Assembly: GCA_965208105.1 (NCBI GenBank)
Contig: OZ242318.1
Coordinates: forward strand, 96,001-160,000
Direction of reading: 5' to 3'
DNA length: 64,000 nucleotides
DNA from: Candidatus Latescibacterota bacterium
Lineage (GTDB): Bacteria; Latescibacterota; UBA2968; UBA8231
Position numbers and translations under genes: made by a program. Shown here in pieces: positions 1 to 12,296 of this stretch. The notes beneath the pieces were generated by a model. That model worked only from the letters and a program-made list of their open reading frames with translations. It had not been told where the DNA came from and made no database searches. Position 1 is the stretch's first letter. Each line of letters begins with the position of its first letter.

Positions 1-3000
1 GGGGGAGGAGGCGATCGATGGCTTGGAGGAGATTGTGGTCGGAGTCATCGACTCCGGCCTGGATTACGACCATCCTGACATTGCGGCACAGGTATGGTCC
101 AACAGGGCGGAGCGGGAAGGGGCGCCGGGGGTAGACGATGACGGCAACGGTTATATAGATGATCTTCTTGGTTGGGACTTCAGCGATGCGCCAGGGTTCG
201 CGGGTGAAGGAGATTTTCTCGAACGCGACAACGACCCTCGCGATGAGTCGGGTCACGGCACTCACGTGGCTGGAATCATCGCCGCAGCGGTGGGCAACGG
301 GCGGGGCATCGCAGGGGTGGCGCCGGGCGTTCGCCTGATGCCTCTTCGAGCCGGGTTCAACCTGCCTGAAGGCGGATATCTGGAGGACGACGACCTGGCT
401 GCCGCCGTGGTGTACGCGGCTGAAAATGGGGCCCGCGTTATCAACATGAGCTGGGGAGACCCCCACTATTCTCCTTTGCTCGAGGACGTGATCCGCTACG
501 CAGAACAGGCTGGTTGCGTGCTGGTCGCTGCGGCGGGAAACCAGGGTGATGGAGAGGTATTCTATCCCGCGCGTTTCGACCATACCATCGCGGTGGGGGC
601 GGTCGGCCCGCAACAGAATATCCTCTCCTTCTCCAACTGGGGATTCAGCATGGATTTCGCCGCTCCAGGTCTGGAGATTTTGAGCCTGGCTCCCGGGGGA
701 AAATACGTCGCGCGCTCAGGCACTTCCATGGCAGCTGCCCACGTCTCCGGACTGGCCGCCCTGGTTCTTGCGAACAACCCCCACTTCACGGCTCTGGAAG
801 TGCAGGGGGCCCTGGCCCTTTCGGCGCGCGATGTCGGCCCGGAAGGATGGGATTCCTGGTCCGGTGCGGGGATACCGCAGGCCAATGCCCGGCATTATTC
901 CGATGCTGTAGAGCTGCAGGTCCTGACTCCCGCTTCCGGCGCCGTGCTGGAGGACACCGCGGCTGTTCATCTTCACATTGCCGGCGGAAATTGCCGCGGC
1001 TACGAGTTGAGCTGGGGAGAAGGGAATCAACCGGAGACGTGGCAGATTCTGGCGCGCGGAGAGGGAAGTCCTGAACCTGTAACCTGGCATGTGGCGGATT
1101 TGTCCCAGGGTTCCTACCAGCTCAGGGGACGGAGTCAGTGTCAAGGGCATGTCCTGGAGGACCGGGTCGCGGTGAGAGTACAGCGGCGTAGGCCGGTGGT
1201 GGACTCCGCACGTCTGACCCGGGCATTGGATGGGCCGGAGTGGAAGTACCTGGTCGAATGGCGCACGGACGTGCCTGCCGATGGGAGGATGCGCTTGCTG
1301 CAGCCGGGAAGGGACCCGGTTGTGCGGTGGGTGAGTTCGCAGCGCACCATGCACAGGGCAGTCCTGCCCGGGGACCTGCCGCCTGGGACCTACAAGATCC
1401 AGGTGAGGTCCACCGCTGGAGGGGGGTGGAGCGATCTGCAGGACATCGGGGAAATCGAAGTGGTGCCGGGGTGGATCGAGCAGTGGAATTTCGATCGATT
1501 GGGGGTCATTCCCGGCGGCTTCCTGATGCCGCAACTGGTGGACTTCAACCGGAACGGCAAACCTGAACTGGTGCAAATGGCCCGCGACAGCCGACAGTAC
1601 AGCCCGGGTGATTTTTACGAGTTGGGCGAGGGCGGCGCCGACCTGGTTCATTCTTCTTCCCGTCTCTTCATTCCCTGGAACAGCCACGACCTGGACGCCG
1701 ACGGTAAGTGGGAAATCATGGCGGTGGACGACCGGCGCGTTCGTCTGATGGAGGCAGAGGATGAAGGGCGCTTCCCCGAGAGGGTGATCTGGGACCAGCG
1801 CGATGTATGGGGTGGGGAAGTGGGGGATTTGGACGGGGACGGCACCTTCGAGATGTACCTGCGTTCGAGTCAGGCCAACCTCTTCAAGGTCTTTGAAGGC
1901 ACCGGAGACGACCAGTTTGTGGAGATTGCCACCCTGGCCAACCCCACCGCAGGCACGAACGAACTGAGTGAGCGTCCCATCGTGGGCGACCTGGACGGGG
2001 ACGGACTGGGCGAATTGCTGAGCGGCGATGGAGATGGGGATCTGTTCGCCTACGAGGGCATAGGAAATAACGCTTTTCACCATGTTTGGCGGGAGGAAAC
2101 AAGCTCCGAAGAGGATGGCCGACTGGTGGGCGGAGGTGCCGATCTGGATGGAGACGGCCGGACTGAATTCGTCGTTGCCCGGCTGTTCCGAGACCAGTTC
2201 GAGCTTGAACGGACCCGCTGGGAGGTGACGGCATACCAGGCTGCCGGGGACAATGACTATCGACCCGAGTGGAGGGCGGAGGTCCTCGGGGGAAAATCTC
2301 GAGGCAACGGAATCTCGGCGGCGGACCTGAACGGAAACGGGCAGGTGGAGTTGATCATAGTACTGGTTCCTGACATCTATGTATTCGGATCGGTGGGAGA
2401 GGACGCCTACGAGCCGGTATGGCACATGGTTGCCGGGGATACCAACAGGCCTGCGCTGGGGGATGTGGACGGCGATGGCAAGGTGGATCTGGCCTTCAAC
2501 TCTGGTGGGAAGGTCCAGATTCATAGCCTGCAATCTCCACCGATGGGACCGGAACCGCCTGATTTCAGGGCCTATGCGCTGGACGAGAGGCGGATCGTGT
2601 TGGAGTGGCAGCCGGTACGCGGCGCTGCGGCCTACCGAGTATACCGGGATGAAACGATCCTGGTGGAGCGCCTGGAAACCACGCATTTCGAGGACGCCGA
2701 CCTGGAGGCGGGACAGACCTACAGCTACGCCGTGGCGGCACTCGACTCGAGTCCCCGGGCGGTCGAAGGCCGGCATACAAGAACCATTTCACTGCAGACT
2801 CAGGCTGCCCCCAGGCTGATTCGAGTGGACCGAATATCGCGCCACCAGCTTGCTCTTGTATTCACCTCGCCCCTGGAGGGCGCGGACCTCGACTTGCTGA
2901 GCTTTCGCGTCGACCCAGAAGTTGGAGTGCCCTCATCCGTGATGGCCGACCGGGGAGGCCGGCGGCTCGTCCTCAGCTTTGCCGCGGCCTTGCCGGATTC

Positions 3001-3661
3001 CGGCAGCTTCATTCTCGAGCTGGGAGAGTTGAAGAGCATCCAGGGAACTCCACTGGCCGCGGAGGACCGGCGGGTGAACTTCGACCTGAAGCCGCATGAA
3101 GGTCCGGGGCGCCTGCTCGGAGCCGAAGTCATTACACCTGTTCGAATCGTTCTGAGCTTCAGCGATCCCGTCGTGCTCCCGCCCGATTCGATCTCGGCTT
3201 TTGTCTTCAGGGACAGGAAGATTCAGATTCTCCGGGCCCGGGTCCGGGACGGGAAAAAGGTGATTCTCGAGCTTCGGGAAACTACTCCTCTGCAGGCTGC
3301 GGGGCGTTCCTACGAGATCCTGATTCAGGGCCTGGAGGATGTGTCAGGGGGCAGGATCGATGCACGGGTCTTCGTTCGCTATGCCGCCTCCGACCTGAGC
3401 GCGGTGAAGGTCTTTCCCAATCCCTTCAACCCGGATCGAGGCATGCTGACCTTCGGGGCTCTGACCCCGGAGGCCCAGGTGTACATCTTCGACCTCAGCG
3501 GGCAACTGGTACGGGTGCTCGAAGAGGAGGACGGCGACGGTGGAGTGCAATGGGACGGATTGAATGCGGCTGGGAGGAGACTTGGCTCCGGTGTATATTT
3601 CTTCAAGGCGGTCAACGCCGAACAGGCGAGAACGGGGAAATTCGCCCTGCTCAGGGACTAA
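1..3661 (+). CDS. Secreted S8 subtilisin-like serine peptidase with FG-GAP/VCBS repeats, an FN3-like domain and a C-terminal FlgD-Ig/T9SS-like sorting domain; 5' end lies outside the window
   Basis: Catalytic triad motifs IDSG, HGTHVAG, GTSMAA; oxyanion AAGN; repeated DLDGDG motifs; C-terminus VFPNPFNP..IFDLSGQLV..WDG..SGVYF. The frame is open to the window edge. Confidence 0.9.
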   Translation, partial: GEEAIDGLEEIVVGVIDSGLDYDHPDIAAQVWSNRAEREGAPGVDDDGNGYIDDLLGWDFSDAPGFAGEGDFLERDNDPRDESGHGTHVAGIIAAAVGNGRGIAGVAPGVRLMPLRAGFNLPEGGYLEDDDLAAAVVYAAENGARVINMSWGDPHYSPLLEDVIRYAEQAGCVLVAAAGNQGDGEVFYPARFDHTIAVGAVGPQQNILSFSNWGFSMDFAAPGLEILSLAPGGKYVARSGTSMAAAHVSGLAALVLANNPHFTALEVQGALALSARDVGPEGWDSWSGAGIPQANARHYSDAVELQVLTPASGAVLEDTAAVHLHIAGGNCRGYELSWGEGNQPETWQILARGEGSPEPVTWHVADLSQGSYQLRGRSQCQGHVLEDRVAVRVQRRRPVVDSARLTRALDGPEWKYLVEWRTDVPADGRMRLLQPGRDPVVRWVSSQRTMHRAVLPGDLPPGTYKIQVRSTAGGGWSDLQDIGEIEVVPGWIEQWNFDRLGVIPGGFLMPQLVDFNRNGKPELVQMARDSRQYSPGDFYELGEGGADLVHSSSRLFIPWNSHDLDADGKWEIMAVDDRRVRLMEAEDEGRFPERVIWDQRDVWGGEVGDLDGDGTFEMYLRSSQANLFKVFEGTGDDQFVEIATLANPTAGTNELSERPIVGDLDGDGLGELLSGDGDGDLFAYEGIGNNAFHHVWREETSSEEDGRLVGGGADLDGDGRTEFVVARLFRDQFELERTRWEVTAYQAAGDNDYRPEWRAEVLGGKSRGNGISAADLNGNGQVELIIVLVPDIYVFGSVGEDAYEPVWHMVAGDTNRPALGDVDGDGKVDLAFNSGGKVQIHSLQSPPMGPEPPDFRAYALDERRIVLEWQPVRGAAAYRVYRDETILVERLETTHFEDADLEAGQTYSYAVAALDSSPRAVEGRHTRTISLQTQAAPRLIRVDRISRHQLALVFTSPLEGADLDLLSFRVDPEVGVPSSVMADRGGRRLVLSFAAALPDSGSFILELGELKSIQGTPLAAEDRRVNFDLKPHEGPGRLLGAEVITPVRIVLSFSDPVVLPPDSISAFVFRDRKIQILRARVRDGKKVILELRETTPLQAAGRSYEILIQGLEDVSGGRIDARVFVRYAASDLSAVKVFPNPFNPDRGMLTFGALTPEAQVYIFDLSGQLVRVLEEEDGDGGVQWDGLNAAGRRLGSGVYFFKAVNAEQARTGKFALLRD

Positions 3662-3795
3662 TGTCCCGCCGCGAGGCTCCCCGTCTTTGCGAACGGGGCG
3701 CCCCGGCGTGGGTGGACCCCGCATTGCCCTGCATCCGCCGGTTGGGGGCGGGGTGAGGGTCCGGTCCATGCACCCTGGGCCAAAAACGAGGAGGC

Positions 3796-4830
3796 ATGAC
3801 TATGGTCAACATCGGCATCGTTGGCATCGGCTTCATGGGAGTCACCCACTTCAAGGCAATCGAAAAGGTCAAAGGTGGAAGGGTCAAGGCCATCTGCAGC
3901 AGAGACCGAAGGAAATTGAAAGGGGATTGGCGCAAGATACAGGGCAATTTCGGCGGCAGCGGGGGCGTGCAGGACCTGTCGAATGTCACCTGTTACGACC
4001 GCATAGACGATTTGCTCGGCGATCCCGGCATAGACCTGGTGGACATGTGCCTTCCCACCCCGATGCATGCCGAGTGGAGCCTGAGAGCCCTGAGTGCCGG
4101 CAAGCATCTGCTGTTGGAGAAGCCGATAGCTCTGAATCTGAAAGACGCGGACCGGATCGTCTCCACGGCGAAAAAACACGATCGTCAATTCATGGTCGCC
4201 CACGTGTTGCGCTATTTTCCGGAATTCAGACTGATAAAGGACTTGGCCGAAAGCGCGGAGTTCGGTCCCATTCTGGCCGCCCATTTCAAGCGCAATACGT
4301 CGCGGCCATTGTGGCGCGAGCCGGGGGACGTGGAGCGAACCGGAGGTCCCGCCATCGACCTGCATATCCACGACGCCGACTTCATCCAGTTTTTGTTCGG
4401 CATGCCGGATGCAGTCTCCTCCACAGGTTCCCTGAGCCGGGACGGCGTCCTGGAATACTTGAGCACCCACTACCACTATGAAGGCCGGTCCGCGGGCATC
4501 ATTGCCGAAGGCGGCTGGCTATCCCAGCAGGGTTGTCCCTTTGAGCAGAGCTACGAAATCTACTTTGAGGAAGCCACCCTGAAATTTCATTCCTACTGGG
4601 GCCGATCTCCGGTTCTGCTCACCCGGGACGGCAAGACCCGCAGGCCCAGACTATCCCGCAAGGACCCCTTCGTCGCGGAACTGCAGGAAGCGGTGGACAC
4701 AGTGGCCGGGAATCGAGCTTCCCGCATGCTGGACGGCCATAGCGCGCGCAACTCCCTTCTTCTCTGCTTGAAGGAAATTCAGTCCGTGCGCCGCGGCCGC
4801 AGGATCAGGATCAACCCTGCCAGGAGTTGA
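3796..4830 (+). CDS. Gfo/Idh/MocA family oxidoreductase
   Basis: GIVGIGFMG Rossmann motif, LLEKP, DLHIHD; RBS GAGGAGG upstream. Confidence 0.9.
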   Translation: MTMVNIGIVGIGFMGVTHFKAIEKVKGGRVKAICSRDRRKLKGDWRKIQGNFGGSGGVQDLSNVTCYDRIDDLLGDPGIDLVDMCLPTPMHAEWSLRALSAGKHLLLEKPIALNLKDADRIVSTAKKHDRQFMVAHVLRYFPEFRLIKDLAESAEFGPILAAHFKRNTSRPLWREPGDVERTGGPAIDLHIHDADFIQFLFGMPDAVSSTGSLSRDGVLEYLSTHYHYEGRSAGIIAEGGWLSQQGCPFEQSYEIYFEEATLKFHSYWGRSPVLLTRDGKTRRPRLSRKDPFVAELQEAVDTVAGNRASRMLDGHSARNSLLLCLKEIQSVRRGRRIRINPARS

Positions 4831-5113
4831 GGGCGCGGGCGAATTGAATGTCGGACCGCGTAACCGCCTTTTCACTGTGGGTGGTGACCGCGACCGCAAT
4901 GGTCCGCGAGCCCGTATTCAGACTGAAATCGGGGTGATGGTTCATGGAGGTGATGGTTGCGACGAGGTGATTGAGAAATGAAGTGATGTCCTTGAAGGAG
5001 GAGAACGTGAAATCTCGAGAGATGACGACGTCGTCTCTGGTCCAGCCCTCGAGGGTCTTCAATTCCTCGTCGACCTCTGAGGAGGTCAGGATGGTTTTGT
5101 CTTCGACGGCCAT
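4811..5113 (-). CDS. phhB: Pterin-4-alpha-carbinolamine dehydratase (PhhB/PCD family)
   Basis: 100 aa with W..ISRDFTF..F, NHHPD, TTHS..VT..D..FA motifs. Confidence 0.8.
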   Translation of the reverse strand: MAVEDKTILTSSEVDEELKTLEGWTRDDVVISRDFTFSSFKDITSFLNHLVATITSMNHHPDFSLNTGSRTIAVAVTTHSEKAVTRSDIQFARALNSWQG

Positions 5114-5169
5114 GGGGGTGATTACTCCTCGGATTCCCAGGGGCGATCCTGGTGTGAGTATATTTCAAG

Positions 5170-5208
5170 AGCGGCTATGAGGAAGAAAACATGTTCCTCA
5201 TAGCCGCT
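5170..5208 (-). terminator. Strong hairpin downstream of groEL, probable terminator
   Basis: 15-bp perfect inverted repeat AGCGGCTATGAGGAA/TTCCTCATAGCCGCT about 35 nt after the groEL stop; weak U-tract. Confidence 0.6.
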
Positions 5209-5243
5209 TTCTGCAACGAAGGGTTGGTTGGACCTTCAGGTGG

Positions 5244-6875
<1,632 letters not shown>

Positions 6876-6894
6876 TTATTATTTCCTCCCTGAG

Positions 6895-7191
6895 TTACTC
6901 GACGACGGCCAGAACGTCTTCTTCGCGCATAATCAGATACTCTTCGCCTTCGAGCTTGACTTCCGTCCCCGAGTACTTGCCGATAAGCACCTTGTCCCCT
7001 TCCTTCAACTCCAGGGCGATGCGCTCGCCGTTTTCCAGGCGGCCTGGTCCTACTGCCACCACTTCGGCTTCCTGGGGTTTTTCCTTTGCGGTGTCGGGGA
7101 TGATGATCCCACCGACCTTTTGCTCGTCGTCCTCCTCGAGACGCTTGACCAAGATGCGGTCCGCCAGAGGTCTTATGCTGGTTGTGGCCAT
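6895..7191 (-). CDS. groS: Co-chaperonin GroES
   Basis: [29 protein letters not shown]; RBS AAGGAG 9 nt before ATG 7191. Confidence 0.97.
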   Translation of the reverse strand: MATTSIRPLADRILVKRLEEDDEQKVGGIIIPDTAKEKPQEAEVVAVGPGRLENGERIALELKEGDKVLIGKYSGTEVKLEGEEYLIMREEDVLAVVE

Positions 7192-7247
7192 GAGAAGCAA
7201 CTCCTTGTTTGGATGTGAATGAAAAAAGGTTTTACGGAGAATTTCAA

Positions 7248-7264
7248 TGCAATTATTGTGCCAA
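7248..7264 (-). promoter_or_regulatory. Sigma-54 (-24/-12) promoter of groESL
   Basis: Minus strand reads TTGGCAC-AATAA-TTGCA, matching consensus TGGCAC-N5-TTGCW, 57 nt upstream of groES. Confidence 0.8.
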
Positions 7265-7348
7265 GGGCAATTGCCATATGCAACATGTGAAATTACAGAT
7301 AGTTGTAATTTATAAACTTGTATCGCAGTCGAGATTCGGTGGAAAAAT

Positions 7349-7472
7349 TTTTCATTATGAGAAAACTGCCGGAGAATTGCCTCCTCTGATTGTTATAACA
7401 TTTTGTTTTTTATTAAGTAGTTGATTTATCCAAAACGGGAATGCTTGTTTCTTCCATTTTCATTTTGAGAAA
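7349..7472. promoter_or_regulatory. Two pseudo-palindromic candidate enhancer-binding-protein sites in an AT-rich region
   Basis: TTTTCATTATGAGAAA (7349-7364) and TTTTCATTTTGAGAAA (7457-7472) are 15/16 identical and 108 bp apart; palindrome TGTTATAACA (7391-7400) lies between them. Confidence 0.5.
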
Positions 7473-7682
7473 TTTTGCGGTGATGGGAGGAAGGCCCCTG
7501 CCTGCCCGACAAAATTCATTTACGGGTCGATTCCCCGTCCCCGAATTTCCTCATCGCCTGTTCCGGCATCCTTCCCCCGGGGTCGGTGGCGGAGCTGGGA
7601 AACGGCCTCCAACTCCCGGCATCCGAAGATCGACTGGTTTTGATTCGGTGGCATCCCGGGCAGCTCGGAGTTCGAGGCGCTG

Positions 7683-8477
7683 ATGCTCGATCTGCGCGAC
7701 AAGGTTGTCCTGGTGACGGGTGCGAGCAGCGGGATTGGCTGGCACCTCAGTTTGCTGTTGGCCAGGAGGGGGGCAAGAGTGGTCGCAACCGCCCGCCGCC
7801 GCCAGCGCCTGGTGGAATTGCAGCGCCGGATTGAAACCGAGGGCGGAGCGGCACCCCTCGTCATTCCCTGTGATGTAAGTGATTCCGACCAGGTTCGGTC
7901 ACTCAGGGACAGCGTACAGTCCCAATACGGGGCGGTCGATGTCCTGGTCAACAACGCCGGCAGGGGTGCCTATGGTCCAATTGAGATGATCAGTACGGAG
8001 CAAGTCAGGTCGATTGTCGGCACGAACCTGCTGGGAGTTATCCATTGCACCCAGGCTTTCTTGCCCGCCATGCTGGAGAGAAAGCGCGGTCATCTGGTAT
8101 TTATCTCCAGCGTGTTGGGCGAATTGCCGGCCTGGCGGCATGCGGTCTACGGATCCACCAAGTTTGCCGTGAGTGGGTTGGCGGAAAACCTAGAATACGA
8201 ACTGGCGCCCAGAGGGATCAAGGTGCTTTTGGTAGAGCCTGGACTGGTGCGGTCGGAGTTCGCCGCGGTAAGTGGCACCCCCCCGGAGCGCTTTGATCAA
8301 ATACCCAGCAAGACGGCTGCGGAAGTAGCCGCCCTGGCTCTGCGCGCAATCGAGTGCGAAAAACGGCGCTATGTAGCCGACGGCTTGTCGAGCCTGGGCA
8401 TTTGCCTCAGGCGCCATTTCCCCAGAGCGACCCGCCTGTTCTTCAAGCTCATTTTCCGGGGCCTGATCAGAAAGTGA
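7683..8477 (+). CDS. Short-chain dehydrogenase/reductase
   Basis: TGASSGIG, NNAG, ISS, YGSTK. Confidence 0.92.
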   Translation: MLDLRDKVVLVTGASSGIGWHLSLLLARRGARVVATARRRQRLVELQRRIETEGGAAPLVIPCDVSDSDQVRSLRDSVQSQYGAVDVLVNNAGRGAYGPIEMISTEQVRSIVGTNLLGVIHCTQAFLPAMLERKRGHLVFISSVLGELPAWRHAVYGSTKFAVSGLAENLEYELAPRGIKVLLVEPGLVRSEFAAVSGTPPERFDQIPSKTAAEVAALALRAIECEKRRYVADGLSSLGICLRRHFPRATRLFFKLIFRGLIRK

Positions 8478-8488
8478 ATCCGGTCCTG

Positions 8489-8722
8489 CTACTGCTCAGC
8501 CTCCACCATTTCCCGGGCAAGCCTTCCAAGTTCCTCCACCAATTCATCTTTTTCCTCCGTCCTGGCTTTGTTTGTAATTTGCATGGTGATGGCGATCAGG
8601 CCCAGACCAAAGATTCGTTGCCAGCTTTGTGGAGACTCCGGGTCGAGGTCGGGGATCAACTCGCTCAATTTGTCGAGGAGCCGCTTGTGCTCGTCCGATA
8701 TTTCGATGACTTCGAGAGGCAT
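8489..8722 (-). CDS. Small hypothetical protein (~77 aa, helical)
   Basis: ORF fills the intergenic gap; MPLEVIEISDEHKRLL...; no recognised motif; start uncertain. Confidence 0.55.
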   Translation of the reverse strand: MPLEVIEISDEHKRLLDKLSELIPDLDPESPQSWQRIFGLGLIAITMQITNKARTEEKDELVEELGRLAREMVEAEQ

Positions 8723-8922
8723 GATTTCCCCATTCAGAGGCAGTCCTGGCGCAACAAATTCGGGTTTTCCCGCGCAGGGATGCCTCGCCATTCTCCGCCG
8801 ATCCTTCCCGGATCACGGCCTTGCCTTTATTTCCCGTACGGCAGGGGTAAGGTAATTGCCGGCCGGTCCGCTGTCCATAGGCGGGAATGGTGAGTACTGC
8901 CGGGATGGGCGCGGGGGATTCC

Positions 8923-8950
8923 TTGACTTGGCGGGGCGGTTTTTTACCTT
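8923..8950 (+). promoter_or_regulatory. Sigma-70-type promoter of the PTS IIA gene
   Basis: TTGACT-N16-TACCTT, followed by RBS TAAGGAG and GTG 8975. Confidence 0.5.
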
Positions 8951-8974
8951 AGCGCAGTCCTAAGGAGTCAATCC

Positions 8975-9427
8975 GTGGAAAAGTGGGACCGCATATTGAG
9001 CGAAAGCCATATTCTGACCGACATGCAATCGAGGCGCAAATTCGACGCCATTCGCGAATTGGCCGGCGTTTTGGGGCAGGACGACGCCATTGGGGATTCC
9101 AAGCGCTTTCTCGCCAATTTGATTCGGCGCGAGAAGCAGGGCTCCACCGGCATCGGCAAAGGGGTCGCGGTGCCGCACGTGCACGAGGACTCCATCAGCC
9201 GCCAGGTACTCGCGGTGGGCATTTCCCGCCAGGGCATCGAGTTTAATGCCATTGACGGCGAACCTGTTCACATTATTGCATTGCTCGCCACTCCCAAAAG
9301 ACACCACAAGCAGCACATGGGCCTGCTGGCTGCCCTGTCGCGGATGTTACAGCAGGGAAAGGTCCGCAGCAGCTTGATAGAGGCCCCCGACGCAGAAAAA
9401 GTCTTGAAGATATTCAAGGAGAGCTGA
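8975..9427 (+). CDS. PTS EIIA (fructose/nitrogen-regulatory PtsN-like)
   Basis: RE..GSTGIGKGVAVPH phospho-His motif; GIEFNAIDGEPVH. Confidence 0.88.
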   Translation: MEKWDRILSESHILTDMQSRRKFDAIRELAGVLGQDDAIGDSKRFLANLIRREKQGSTGIGKGVAVPHVHEDSISRQVLAVGISRQGIEFNAIDGEPVHIIALLATPKRHHKQHMGLLAALSRMLQQGKVRSSLIEAPDAEKVLKIFKES

Positions 9428-9478
9428 TTTTGCGTCCAGGCGATCGCAGAACCGGGAACTGCCGCCGGGATCGCAGGC

Positions 9479-10869
<1,391 letters not shown>

Positions 10870-10873
<4 letters not shown>

Positions 10874-12183
10874 CCGTGATCACATTCTCCGAATACAGAG
10901 TCTTCGCGGGCACTCCTGACGTTCACCTTCAGAATCCGGTTGGCCGCTTCCGCGGGGGCGGCTAAAAGGACCTTGATGTAGTTGTCGCTCATACCCGTGG
11001 CCAGGCCGGTAGCTTTGTCCCTGCGGCTTTCGACCAGAACCTCCAATTCTTTCCCGAGGAAGCGACGGTGGAAGTCCAGGCGCTTTTGCTCTCCGAGCTG
11101 GATCAGGCGCCTGCTGCGGCGGTTCTTGACCTGGGGAGACAGGTGGTTCCCAAGGCGCTCTGCAGGGGTGTCCGCGCGCAGGGAAAACGGGAAGACGTGG
11201 AGGTAGGTCATGGGCAGGGAGTCGATCAAGGCGCAGGTGTTGTCGAAGTGCTCCTCCCGTTCCCCGGGAAAACCGACCATCACGTCGGCTCCCATGGCGC
11301 AGTCCGGTATCCGGTCCGCGATTTTTTCCACTTTTGCGGCGTATTCGGCAGCCTTGTAGCGGCGGCCCATGCGTCTGAGGACCCTGTCGTCCCCGCTTTG
11401 CAGGGGGATGTGAAAGTGCCGGCAGAACTTGCGCGAAGACGCGGCGTACTCGATCAGGGCGTCGGTGACGCAGGCGGGTTCGATGGAGTTGAGGCGGATG
11501 CGTTCGAGGCCGCCGATTTTTTCCAGTTCCATCAGCAGGAGAACCAAGGCATTGGCCTTGCCCCGGTCCTGCCCGTAGCTACCCGAGTGCACCCCGGTGA
11601 GAGCCAGCTCGCGGTAGCCTGCCTGGACCATGTGCCTGGCCTGCCGCAGAATCTCGGCGAAGGGGCGGCTGACTCCCTCGCCGCGCACGCCGGGGATGAT
11701 GCAATAGGTGCAATGCTCGCTGCAGCCGTCCTGGATCTGCAGGGTGCCCCGCGTCCGCCCGAGCGGAACGGGCCCTTCGATTTGTAAAAATTCGTTGGTC
11801 CGAGGCCGTTCCTCCCGCTGCGTCGAAGCGGCGGCACCGGTCTCGAGGTGAGCCTCCAGGTGTTCCAGCAGGCGGGCCTTGTGCCCGTTGCCCACGACGA
11901 GGTGGGCCCCGGCGGCGCTCAAATCGTCGGGCCGGCGCTGGGCGTAGCAGCCGGTGGCCACCACCGTCGCCGCAGGATTGGCTCGCCTCGCCCGCCGCAC
12001 CACCTTGCGCGAATCCGAATCCCCTGAGTTGGTGACCGTACAGGTATTGACCACGTAGACGTCGGCGGCTGCAGTGAAGGGAACGATCTCGTAGCCGCGG
12101 CGGCCGAAGCCCTCCTTGAGCGCCTCGAGTTCGTAGAGATTGAGCTTGCAGCCAACATTTTCCAGGGCGACGCGAGGCCGCAT
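10870..12183 (-). CDS. mtaB: tRNA t6A37 methylthiotransferase MtaB
   Basis: GCKLNLYE, NTCTVT, TGCYAQ, IQDGCSEHCTYCIIP, HVFPFS; start at ATG 12183 or GTG 12204 rather than 12438. Confidence 0.88.
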
Positions 12184-12296
12184 TTCGTCGGATGTAGCAG
12201 TCACGGAAGATTCTTGCCTGTACAAGGGCCTGGATATGGAAAGATTCGATTTACAAGGGAAACTTAAGGGGTGGGAAAGAGTTGCGCAAACCGCGA

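Noticed and set aside
716-2776. Long antisense ORFs (686 aa here; also 42717-44828, 12282-13769, 33596-34891, 49598-51031)
   Set aside because: Shadow frames of well-supported genes in high-GC DNA; no motifs
7200-7480. AT-rich patch as horizontally acquired DNA, or small ORF 7209-7424
   Set aside because: Better explained as the divergent promoter/enhancer region of groESL and the SDR; the ORF has no RBS or motif
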